A DNA stretch of 62,768 bases, filler included, from Catajapyx aquilonaris (lineage: Eukaryota), in the NCBI GenBank assembly GCA_000934665.2. It is 2 parts of 2 records of this genome, joined end to end, with 100 filler letters (N's around TTAATTAATTAA, not from the genome) between each part and the next. Parts side by side here need not be neighbours in the genome. Positions count along the whole stretch, not along the records: positions 1 to 31,342 come from JYFJ02004540.1; 1 more part is not named here. One strand, given 5' to 3'. The notes beneath the pieces are model-generated. The model was not told where the DNA came from. It saw nothing but the letters and a program-made list of their open reading frames with translations, and did no database searches. The position numbers and the translations under genes were made by a program. This document shows positions 1-12,107 of this stretch, one piece after another (the stretch's first letter is position 1; every line of letters begins with the position of its first letter).

Positions 1-1794
1 CTTTCAGCAAGTGACCTGTATTACCTAAAGGGAACTGTTTTAATCATATGTGCCACTACGATAGCTATCCTCAGTCGCTCAGGTGTCTGTACGTACCATT
101 ACACAGACGTAGGACATCGCGCTTGTCTTGTATCCAGGCTTTTCTCAGGCGCAAAATTACAACGCAGCTGTTTTTCTGGCCTCTCGATAATGACTGGCAA
201 AATTCATGGACCTATGTGTCCTGCACGAGCGTTCCATCTACCGAACTGTACTCACTTTTTGATGCTTAATCGACCCCTGCATGCCATTTTGCGTTACGAC
301 CGCAATTAACAGAGATATAAAAACTGGGCCTTATTGGGAGCTGGGCTTTATTTGGGTCAGGTACCTTACGCCTGAAGTGGCATTTAAACTGTGGGTTAGT
401 AATTTACTTCACTTATCTTCAAATCGATTTCGCTGGATATCTATCGATCGATCGATCGCTAGCCGTTGCCAGCCATGTTGGCAGGAGCATGGCAGTGACT
501 TGTTTCACGAGGTACCAGATGAAGAAAATTTGGCGGCTTTTTCGATTTTTAAAATGGAAAGGTCCACTGTGCCCCGTGGTCCACTGTGCCCCAGTCTCCC
601 CTACCCATTGTTGAGGTTGGCAACACTGGTCAAGGTCAGACAACAATGTGGATAGCTGATAGGCTGATCTCGCCCTCCTTCGGCTGAACATAAATCGTGT
701 TGTAACAGCAGCTGCAGCTTTTATGATAGAGAGAATACGGAAAGATGCCACAGACGGGTATGTCTGTCCGTGTCGAGCAGTAGCAGTATTCTGGCACTGG
801 TATCTTTATAATACATTTCATACACAGAAAAATTTTATAATACTGAAATCAACTAATAATTAATCGGGAGATCCCCGGGGCCTGACCCTGGGCCCTGGGG
901 TCGACCGCCCTGACTGGGGCACACCCGTGCGTGCTTCCCCCGTTGTAGGTCAATCTTATGCTTCCGCAAAAATGTTTCAACTGCGACAAACTATATTGTA
1001 GAGCTTAAAAATCCAAATATGACCAAAAATGATTATTTGACATGCACCAGATCCATTTAGATGTTATTTATGATGGGTAGTGCAGTGAGCACAAAGGATG
1101 TTAAAAAGCAATAATTATTTCTGCACACCAAGATACAAAACGCTACAACTGGCGAGGGTGGCAAATTAAAGCAAAATTAATAACTTCGAGACTAGGATGC
1201 ATTTAATATGTAACTCACATATTTGACTATTGATCATGAGTGGATGAATAAAAGATGATATAATTTAATGGATATAGCTCTCGTTTCATACCTTGTCGTG
1301 TATCGGAAGTGATCGCCCTGACTGGCCACGCGTCTGAACCCAGATTCATTTATGCATCAATTATTATTATTATTCTAGGTTTGTTATGGAACGATTCCTT
1401 CAAAATAGCCCAGTAAAATAATGTATTCCGATTTCTGGAAGTAACTCGATAATACTGTATGAATATGTAACCATGACTCAAGCTTGATTTTTTGGTGACA
1501 TAATTATGGTCCGACAATAAAATAATAGGCCTACTCTGAATAATATAGTGCATAGTGTAAAAGCGACGAATTCAAGTCCTCAAGGAAAATCGTAATTCTG
1601 CAACTTGTCGCCTGTATTGCATAATAATGCAACAATGGCATCCTGCCACTTCATATAGAGACATGACTGTTCATACAGAAAACAATTTGGCAAAATAATT
1701 ACTCTTTAACATGACAATTATTTCAAATCAATCCCTATCGACTTTCGTAATATGCAAGATGGTGTGTGGATTGCAACTCTAAGGAGCCACAATG

Positions 1795-1938
1795 TACTAT
1801 CGCGGGTTCAAATACTTTTGGCCACTTTATCCTGGTCTTGAAGCAACCCTTCACACACACACCCACACCCACCTCCTTAACATGAAGGATTGCTTCAAGA
1901 CCAGGATAAAGTGGCCCAAGTATTTGAACCCGATAGTG
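1795..1938. mobile_element. Foldback MITE, family A, copy 1 (about 60-bp TIRs, probably Tc1/mariner-type TA target)
   Basis: Left arm tactatcgcgggttcaaatacttttggccactttatcctggtcttgaagcaaccctt is nearly the reverse complement of right arm aaggattgcttcaagaccaggataaagtggcccaagtatttgaacccgatagtg. A short CA-rich spacer separates them. A second copy lies at 11806-12107. The superfamily is inferred from TA-containing flanks only. Confidence 0.85.
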
Positions 1939-4900
1939 TAGTAAGTGTACATATTATAGGTGCCGGAATGAATTCCCTCTTTTTGTTGTGGAATTTTATA
2001 TCCCTCTTCAACCGTTCATTAACTTCGCCTTGAGACAACCAGCCGATTTACTGATCTTTTGCGTGTATCATTTACATAGTTTCTCTATCTGCAATAAAAA
2101 ATCTCAATCTGTGGGCCTGTCGGCTACAAGTACCCGTACCTCGAAGCAACACTGAACAAAAACAACTACGACATACTGTAGTATTTTATGATCAAATTTT
2201 CCGTATTTGAATTACAAAATACTCCCAGTCCACTATATTATCATAATACTTTATACATATGCAATTTGATACCACTGAACCAGTAGGCTACTTGAGGAAT
2301 ATAATCCAACGTGAGAGTCCCCGAACTACACAAGTGGTCCTTCCTCCCAGTTGAATGTTCACGCTGCTCTTATTCTGAAAGCGCGAATCTTCAGAAGTGG
2401 ATAATATCGGAAAAGCCAGTATCGTAGAACACCTTTTCAATCCCTCTTCTCTCGGCTTTGCACGCGTAACAGGTTTTTAATCCATGCAATAAGTGCTACG
2501 TGTTAAGCATAAACCCCTGGGTATTTTTGTAGCCACTTCCAATCAATATGAACTCAACAAGCTGACCCCTTGTAGGCCAAACATTTGACGAGAAAGAGAC
2601 TCCATTAGGGTGATATTTCACTGAAGGGACCAAATGTTTTAACAATGTTACACGTGAACACAACCTGTTGGATTGTATAGCGAGTCCAATAATAAAGTAG
2701 GCGCGAAATTGAAGAGGAAATCTGGCAATTTTGCATCCCAACTGAGGTCAGACCACGCAATTTTCTCCTTGAATCCCCCGCAGAATTCCAATCTCCTTGT
2801 TACAATTGACATCCTAGCAGGATGTATCAGATTGAAGAGGGATCATATGGCGATTGTTGTTTCTATCTCGGAGCTACGAGCAGGGAGATGGCTATAAAAG
2901 CTCCGACTAGTGTTTCCAACATTTGAATGCGCGCCAAGAAAAATAAGTGGGCCTTGCCAACTGTTCCCGGGAAATACAGTACGTCTTCCGGAAGAAGCTA
3001 TGCGTTTTCCACTTGTTCGCAATCAGGACGAGCAATTTGCTTCTAAATCACAGCCGCTATGGGGACTGTAATAACGAGCCCCTGAGGTTGAAATAAAAGT
3101 CTGACCAGCCAGTAGTTACATCCATTTTTATTTCTTTAATTATAATTACTAATTAGCATTAGAACGCTATCATGTGCGGCTTTGATGTTGTGACAATGAC
3201 CATTAAGGCCTTATAGACATCAGCCTAATGACAATGTTTAAATTTCATGGCGCTGTATTAATTAATGGAGCGCAATTCGCAAAACATGGTTGATTAACGT
3301 CCCAATCAAAATTTGCATGTGAACCGGTGTTTATTGTGCACATTTGGTACTTGAAAATAGTTGCAAGAGGGTTTGACATACTCCATGGTCGTAACTTACT
3401 CATTTCACTGGGAAGTATTTTTTACGAGCCTGTTATGTAATTTTCATCAGACTCTTTTAGGTTACCATGATGCATTAAGAAGCAGGAGCACATTCGACGC
3501 GCCTGCCATAGCTTATTTGCCTTATTAGCAAAAACTGTAAACTCACATTTATCGTTCGCACTGTAAACATAGGCAAAAATAGTTCCCTATTATATGCAGC
3601 GGAAAGTGCCAACGTCACTGCCATGTCTGGCATGGGCTGTCAATTGTCAGCCACGCAACAGTCGGATAGTTATTTTTATTTTGTGCAAACAGGAGGCCCC
3701 TTATGGACTGCAATGTTGACACAGCCTGGATCTGACATTTGTTGGAAGGGTAAATAATTGTGTACATAGTCAAAAGCTATCGGATTTTGTAATTTCAACT
3801 GGAGTTCGAGTATTTGAAGGGGCAATTAACAGAACCGTAGATTGGAATACAAAATGTGTCAAAAACGACACTTTTCCTAGAACACTACAAGGATTATAAT
3901 TTTGCTTGCATGTCACCTAGTTAAATGCCAATCAATTTCAAGTTAATACTGACTCGGGTTTATTACATGCCAGGAATGTGGACAAAGGAAAGAGTACTCC
4001 ACAACGGCCTGGTAATAAGCTCATAAGATTATCATGGGCAGGTATAATTCGGGTTTTTAACATGTGGTACAGGGCCACTCTACAAGGTTCCGTCGGTGTT
4101 TCGTGCGACACCAAGAAAGATGGAGGCTCTAGACTTCTAGAGTCTATACTGAGCTGCATTAGAACAGCAATGCCATTTCTGTTAATAACAGTAGTACGTA
4201 TACTTGAGGAACGCAATTTCAAATTCACCATAGTAGGAAATGACAGGGTAACTTTAAAATAATGCAGCTCCCTGCTACATTCATAGCATGATATCTTCTA
4301 GACTTTGCTATTCATTATTTCATTTATTCCGACGCTCAAGTCGTCGACCCGCACAACGTGATGCTCGGAAAGAGCCAAATATTTTCAATGATTCCAGCAG
4401 ACACGCCCGTCCCACTTGACTGGAGACCATTATATCTCTTTCCAAGCGAACCGGCATCACGTCAGAATAAACGGCCCAGTTTTGTATGCCTTACGACGTT
4501 GCAGCGATTAAGAGTTAGTCGCCAGCTGGCACCCTTGGGAGGTAAAGATGGGAGGAAGAGGTGGAGGAAAAGCTTCACCACCCAACATGTCGTCTGCTCC
4601 AAAGAGCTACTCTGCAACCGATGGCTCTAGATCTAGCTATGGATTCCCTGGCTCCCTTTCTCCTCCTGTAATCCCCCTCCTCCACTCCTTCTGTCCCTAG
4701 CAGCACGTTTGGAAACGCGGCGCGTCCGAACAACTACCTCAATTATTTTCCAATACACCACTCCCGGCTCTAATCCGTCCTTCGGTAAACCTCAAGAAGG
4801 CCTGTATCGCTCACAGGAGTGGAGAAAAAAGTTTTTTTTTTTCCCCCTGCCTGCTTCGTCTTACCACTCTGGTCGACCGTTAAAACAAAAGAGGGCTAAA

Positions 4901-7900
4901 AAGATGGCGGACTTGTGCGTCATCTCAAAAAAGGAACATCACGTCGCTGTGTGACTGCCTTTTAACCGCGTTTGTTTCGTGAAATTAGTCGTTTGGGGTA
5001 ATCCGCGGACGTCGTTAAAACCCCAGCTTAAATCTTGAGGACCTTTTCGGTTTCCTCATTAGCGCATCCCCGAGGAGTTAAATTCGGTCTTTCAAAGTCC
5101 GATATCCACAGGGAAGTGTATAGGTCTCGAACTCACCCCAAAAACGAAATGGGCTCATCGTTTCCACCGAAACAATCGCCAAGTTTCCTTCCCGACAAAG
5201 GGTGACACGGATCCCCAACACCATTCGGGAGTTTTAACGACATTAAGAGATTCGATGTTTCGCGTGTAATTAGAAAGGGAAACCTATAGAATTATGCTAA
5301 TTCCCAGCCACTGGGGCGGAGAAATGTTTTCCCTAGTTGCAGCTGGAACGGACCTTAGCCGCATACCTTAGTATATGCGCATTTAAACTGTGTGTTTATT
5401 CCAATCAAGAGACGGCGGCTCATTTGCATAAATAGAAACCTATACTTATGCCAGAATTAGTCAACCTATATTCAAAGTACAAAACTATCAGTGTACATGC
5501 AGCGCTTGTCTTTTTAAACTACTAAGTAGGACCACCTTTAAATGTGAAATGCATTTTACATAATTTTGCTTCCAGGTATATACACTACATACCTCTGTGT
5601 ATTCAAATATAAACGCAATATGTATTGCATTTTCTCTCATTATCACGTAATTATATCGAATTATTCCGAATATTTAGCAGCAAATGAGCTGTTTAAAAGT
5701 GAAAGCAAATGCTGGTTTCCAATATATGTACCAGGCATCGTAACTGTCAAACACCTTTTATGCGAGCGTTATATATTCCCACACAATACACGACTTAAAT
5801 CAGTTTCCTGCAAAAAAATAACTACTAAAACAACAGCATATAGTTGATTGACGGCCCTCATGCCATAGTTAATATTTTCAACCGTAGCCCCCGGCATAAG
5901 AGAGAAGATTCTTCTCCGGTAGTCAAATTCAGCTCCATTATTAAGGCCCATAAAAAACCCCAAAATGAGCCATTACGCAATCATAATATGATTAACATAT
6001 CCTAATGCAAAAGGTGTGCTTTAATACTAAACCATCCCACATGACAGTAAAACTAATGCATAGTAATACCTATCCCATCTGTTGCCCAACATGGCATTTG
6101 TCATAGTTAATGGGCGTGAGGCCGTGGGACCTTTCTATACCACTGAAGAGCGTCAGAACTGACTCGTTCCGGATCTGCCAAAAGCATCCACTTTCCGGAT
6201 AACAACTCTGACAGGTGTCTTATCGCGGTAACACACCTCTTGGACATCAATGTCGGTGATCAAAAAGACTGGGAGTCAGAAAAAGCGCGGCAGAAAAATC
6301 ATATTTATGCCACAGACCAAATCAGCTGCAGATGAGGTGTCCTTTTTTTATTGTTATGCCGTTTGCAAGTAGCAAATAGCTCGTCAGCTGCACAGCTTTT
6401 AGGATTACGATATGACAGGTTAACCGCGCTAAGGACCATTAAAAATTGAAGTTAATACAACTGCAGTCAAGCGAAATGCACTAGTGGGCATTTAAAAAAA
6501 TATTCGTCATTAACGCCGCTTGTGAAAGCGGAGAGTCAACCGGGTAATAAATTATGGGGGCACCAAGCTTTAATGCACGTTTGTGCAGACTTCTGCCTCC
6601 TGCTATTACAGTACATCACATGCATGGTCCATAATTAGTCATAACTATATCTGATTATTCCGTTAAATATATCTGTCTCTATGGCTATTAAGTATTTATC
6701 CTGCAATTGAATGGCCCAATACAAGAGCCGAAGTCCATAAGTGTTCTGTAAAACAAAATGTGTGTGGGTGCAGCCGAATATGTTTTTTGAGTTATTAATA
6801 GTCTACCTCTCACTCAATAAAATCCTGGTATTCCAGCAATAAATTATGCGAATTTCATGATGAAAGAGTTATACTCTCAATACAATATTACCTTATACCT
6901 GAGAATATTCTTGTATTTCAGTTTGGGTCATTTTATTGCATTTCTATGGGCTGTTCAATTACGTAGTATGCGCCGAAACACTAATATACCCTTGCGAAAC
7001 TGGGATGCAACCAGTACTGTTCCTAATTGTAAAACAAGTAAGGTAACTTTGGTATGACCACCACATTACGAGTCCAGAAAACAAGCAGTTGCCAGTTTTG
7101 TATATGCCTACATTCAATTATTAGTTAGTAATAACAAATTATTATATTTCCACTCTCAGATTATAAACGCTACTCCAAATTTCTCACTCCCTATTGTGTA
7201 AACAGCCCCAAAGAAATCGCCAGCACATCTCAGCAAGCTTCTTTACTCTCAACAGGTTACCTTAAAGCCAACAAGAGACAGCTTGAGAAAACATCCAAAG
7301 AGTGAACTCTCACTTCCCGAAGCTCCTTCCCTGCAGGTTTCAACCTCGACGCCGGTAGATCAAATTGACAATGCGGTAAAGGACGGTTAGGGCGCACCAT
7401 CCGTGAAGTAAAGAACTTGCAAGAAAAAAAGGGCCATCATGTAACTTACCGTGCGACGAAACGGTCCAGTGCCATGTCTATCTGATTATCCTCTGGAAAA
7501 AGAGCCTATAAAGGCTCGGTTGTGCAGGGCATCAGGTGGCTTCGTCTTCTCCCGTTTCGGCTCTCAGGTGGAATGGCAAGAAAAAAGGACGAGCCTGCAA
7601 TGGGACCAGAAGAGTTAGAAAGAAAAAAAAGAAGAGGACAGAAGAGGAGCTGAGATGAAACTGGCCAGGTTTTAAATGCCCCGCCGGACTGGCCAACTCA
7701 AATGAAAGTGAGAAAGAGCAGCTCTGGAGGAAGTTTATTCCTGCAGGCATTGCTGTTTCCAACAACAAAAGAACACTTTTTTGTGTGGAGTGATGCAGAC
7801 AGTTACATATAACATATGCCCGGTTTTTACGACGCATAGACAAGGTTTAATGGAGTGTTTTATTACACTGTAACTGACGTGGTCAATTGCTTAAGAATGC

Positions 7901-10900
7901 AAAATTGACAGTTGCGTTTTACAAGTAAACTGAAAAATGCCAGAGCCTTATAGGATGGATGGTGAAAATGAGATTTCGAAACGAGCTTCAATTTGCACCC
8001 AGTGCGGGAAAAAGATGCGAAAAATGTGTGCTCGCCTATTTTTCTCCCTGTCTGCGGAACGAAAATTATTACGGCCGTTGCGGAAAGAATGCTGCACAAA
8101 ATCACATACCACAGTTGATAGTCTCATAGGATTGCCATCAATGTGTGATCCCATGTATACAGCCCTTCGTCACTTGCCCAACTCTATAGCCTAATTTGAT
8201 ATTTTTTACGTGCCATTCTATAGTAGTAGTCTGGCCGTCCTCTAAAACCTATACTTATTTGCAATAACATGGACATTGTTGTGCGAGGTTTGGGCAACAT
8301 TATTGTAACATATTCGCTATGTCGCTTGTCGGTTCAAAAATCGATCAGTTCTGTACCATATCGGCCACCTTTTCACTAGGATCTTGGAGCAAAAAATAGT
8401 CTCTTATAGTAGCGGCTGAGGGAGGTCTTATAGAACGCTACAAACTGAGGCATCAAAGCGCCAGGTTTTCATTTATGATAGGGCTTGGGAAACTGACGTA
8501 AAAGCCGCTCCAGTAGACTGTGTGCTGCACAGCCTGGCTTGCCTTATATATCTGGCCAATGTGGCAACATGGCGCTCTTTGTCCACATCAAAGTTCAAAG
8601 GGTAGTTTGTTTTGTAGGTGAAGATGCCTGATTCCAGTCCAGTTATTTCAACTGAACTACCGTCAGGATTACGAGATGGCGCGTCATATTATTAACGCCA
8701 TACTACGTTCGGCTATAGAACGCATTCCAAGGTTAAAAACTTTCTATTGGAATGGGCCACAGCTTTGAGTAAAGGACTGTCCCTAGACATCATGCAAGGT
8801 AGGCAGTATAGATAACGACTTGTTTGAAGTTACTGTAAACGCGCCTTCAAGCGTCTCTTTGTACAAATGCGGATGGTACGTCGTCTGCTACTCTCTTAGT
8901 TTGCTGGTTTGAGCAGCCCAATCACAAGATTGAAGACACAAGTTCCTTCTTCCCCTAAAACAAATACAGTCGAGTACTATAGATGTCCCAAGAGATGGCA
9001 TGATGGTATTTCCTCTTTCACCCATCGAGAGATGACACCTTTATGTTATATAACTCCAAACGAATTAAACTCCAATCTCTTGTAACAAAAGTGGTGTCTA
9101 ATCCGTAAAGCTGTAGGTGTCTCTCCTAAAACTATTTTCATTCTTTCTCCGGGGATTCGAAACGACCCAACCAACGTGTTGCTCTCGCTTAGCTTCAGTG
9201 AACATGTTCCAGGAGCCGTCCCTGCTGTGTTAATGGCTCACATAGTTCCGAACTACAAGGTATGGTATTAATTTTTAATTTCATCCTGAAAATTCCCTGA
9301 AGCCTAACCACCTACCCAGTTTTATAAGCAAGAAAAAAAAGAATATTCGCGATGGGTTTCCATTTCCAGTTTTGGACCACTACGAGCATCTTTCCTTTTC
9401 TGAAGCTTCTCCCGATGAAAACAGAGCTGCATTGTTAATGGAAAAACTTTCCCAATTATGCCCCGAGGCCGCCACGGTGCCCGTTCACCCTCTAAGAGAA
9501 GGGGATGAGCTGAAAGGAGGAGTGGAAAAAGAGGGCGTTGGAGTTTGTTGGGCTGTAATAAATATACATCTCCATCATTGGCTAATGGTGAACGGAATAA
9601 TGCGTTGGCACGGCGACTGCATCGGAGATGCCAGCGATTTTATTACCAGCTCCTCCCATCTTAATACGCCCATGGAATACCTAAGCGTGTTATTTTGCCT
9701 TTCCGCCGCTTGCAAAACTCGAGCAAAATTGAAACGCTAGCATCGAAGAGTTGCCTAGAATATGGCCACTTATCGAAATGAAGCTATTGGACATTAATTG
9801 GTAAGAGGATCATTAATTCAAGTTTGGACCAAGTTGCGCTCTGAGGGGTGGGGGGGAGGAGGATATACTTAATCAATAGGATGAGACACTGGAGGTACAC
9901 TAGTTGAGAGTTTCCTAGGAAACCCCTCACTTCTTCAAGTCCGTTGTGGAAGGCAGCCAGAAATTGTTGGTAGGGAAAGGCTTAGACCTGACATTGGGGC
10001 CTAAGTAGAAGAGACGGCAGATGGGACCTCAGGACTTGGGGGTTCGTTCTGGTCAAAAACCTCTCGTGCCTTCTCCCTCAATTTGTAAAACCTCCCTTTT
10101 TTTCCTTCCTTCCTATTCTCTCCCACCGGCAAACTCGCAGCGCCTTCCATTTATACAGTCTATTAAAGGAGTGGGTCCTAATGGTGTAATGGTCGCACAG
10201 GTTTATTGATCACGGCAAATTAGACAGTGCGCGGAGTATCTGGAGAAGGCCGTTTCTTCTATGGAACCAAGCTTAACAAGCTTGTCTACCTTTCACTTTG
10301 CTTCCTACTTTCAACCCTACTCTTTCTTTGAGCAAACCTTCCAAATAAAACGTCGATAACTGAAGTAGTGGGAGGGAGAAGAGGGGGCATGCCGTTTGGA
10401 AAGAGCATTCGTTTATAGCCCCTAGTTCGTAGTATATAGCCATAAAGGGGGGCAAACTTATCATCAATATTGCAACCTTCATTTGGTCCATCGTTTTTTC
10501 ATAAATGCGACTGAATTCGAAAGTAGTGTTAATTCCAAAAAAAAAATGATTTCCCGTTATTCTCCCGTAATATTTCGCAAACAGACATGTTTTACGCATC
10601 GCTAAGTTCCTGCCATATGTTACAATCTGAAATTAATATTTTCCAAAAAATTTGGCCCTCGTGTCTAGCATTTTCAATTCATAAAAAGTTGATGAACATA
10701 ATCAACATATGTGAATGTGTATAGAAAATTCACTGAATTATATTTTTTCACCTGAAAATGATGACAAACGATTTATTACTTCTTAAAATTAGCCACCCAT
10801 TAGTGAATGACACCCTGTGTTTTAGCATTGTTTTCCACCTAACGTTTTATGACGAACTATGCAGGCAATACAGTATATTAGCAGTCACGTACCCACATTT

Positions 10901-11805
10901 TTGGCCCTGAATCTCGTTTATATTGCGTACCCGTTACATTTGTCACTATGTGACGAATTTACTGCCCCCACGCAATCAACCAGACTGCATGTAGCAAGCT
11001 GGTGTTTTAATCAGACTCGCATTGCTGAATCAGATCAGTTATCTACTGTAGTATATAGCCATCAACGACTTGGCTCATCACATCAAACGCATTTTTTTTA
11101 CTATTCCACCTGTAATAATGAATAGATTTCCAAAACGCATTCCAGTAGACTCAACCCGCCTGCTGTTTGAACCGAGTGGAGTTTATTACAGAAATTCCGG
11201 GATGATCCATTGCCTTATTCCTAAGTCAATAACCTACTAGCTTATAAGGTCTTGAAACAAAAGTCATTGACATCCGACTGCATAGCTGTGCTGAATCAAT
11301 CCGGGCAAGCCTGACAGATTAGGAATCCGGAAGAGAAATGGGTTAAATTCCCCTAGAGTCAAACTGCATGGAAATAGCAAACCGATATAGACAGACCCAT
11401 AGTGAAAGTCAGTAAGGTGCGGCGTAAAGGTTGCTTGGAAACGGGGCTAGAAAGGCTGATTTACACTTTCATATATTCATCCTTCCCACAATCACTGTGC
11501 GATAGTCTCAGGAAACGGAGGAGTCACAAGCCTCATCTTCACGCCAGACTTGCCATCTTAGGAGGAAAGAAAATATGTCGATAAAAAATGGGTGACCATC
11601 CCCACTTTTTTTTTTCTTTCGTCGCAGTCTCGACGGATGAACGTTGACTTTTTTTTATACTCCCACTAGAATCCAGAGACGTTTGGTCGGTCGGATTATA
11701 TGACAGCTTTCTCTGGGGATTAACTTCTGTCGTTCTGACTATCGTTCCTACAGGTGTGCCTTAGATTCAAAGCTTTTAGGCTTTTTGGTGTAAAGGATAG
11801 AAATG

Positions 11806-12107
11806 TAGAATCGGGTTCAAATACTTTTGGCCACTTTATCCTGGTCTTGAAGCAACCAAGGGGGTAATCACTTCGGTACCCAGGTGTACACCTGCGAGTG
11901 GTACTCCCTGGTACTCCTCAGGTACCTCAGTCTTTATTACTCCTTGGTACTCCTTGAATTTGGTACTCCAGTGTACACTTTCCAGTCGAGTGATAACCCC
12001 CTTGGAAGCAACCCTTCACACACCCACACTTCCTGAACGTGGGGTCTGTGCGAAGGGTTGCTTCAAGACCAGGATAAAGTGGCCAAAAGTATTTGAACCC
12101 GATAGTA
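11806..12107. mobile_element. Foldback MITE, family A, copy 2, interrupted by a nested element
   Basis: Same TIRs as 1795-1938 (tcgggttcaaatacttttggccactttatcctggtcttgaagcaac ... gttgcttcaagaccaggataaagtggccaaaagtatttgaacccgatagta). The left arm is split by the 11857-12004 insertion. Confidence 0.85.
11857..12004. mobile_element. 148-bp nested non-autonomous DNA transposon with 8-bp TSD (P-element- or hAT-like)
   Basis: 16-bp TIRs caagggggtaatcact / agtgataacccccttg (1 mismatch). Perfect 8-bp TSD GAAGCAAC at 11849-11856 and 12005-12012; the site is single in the empty copy at 1795-1938. Eight GTAC-core repeats inside. Confidence 0.9.

Noticed and set aside
561..592. Small tandem duplications (ggtccactgtgcccc x2; also tcgtttcccgcatctg x2 at 60365-60396)
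   Set aside because: Ordinary slippage duplications with only two units and no spacers, so not CRISPR-like.
10811..10817. Isolated CAGGGTG/CACCCTG Tc1-like termini (also 20778, 26641, 31936)
   Set aside because: A 7-mer is expected several times by chance in this window, and no partner TIRs were found.
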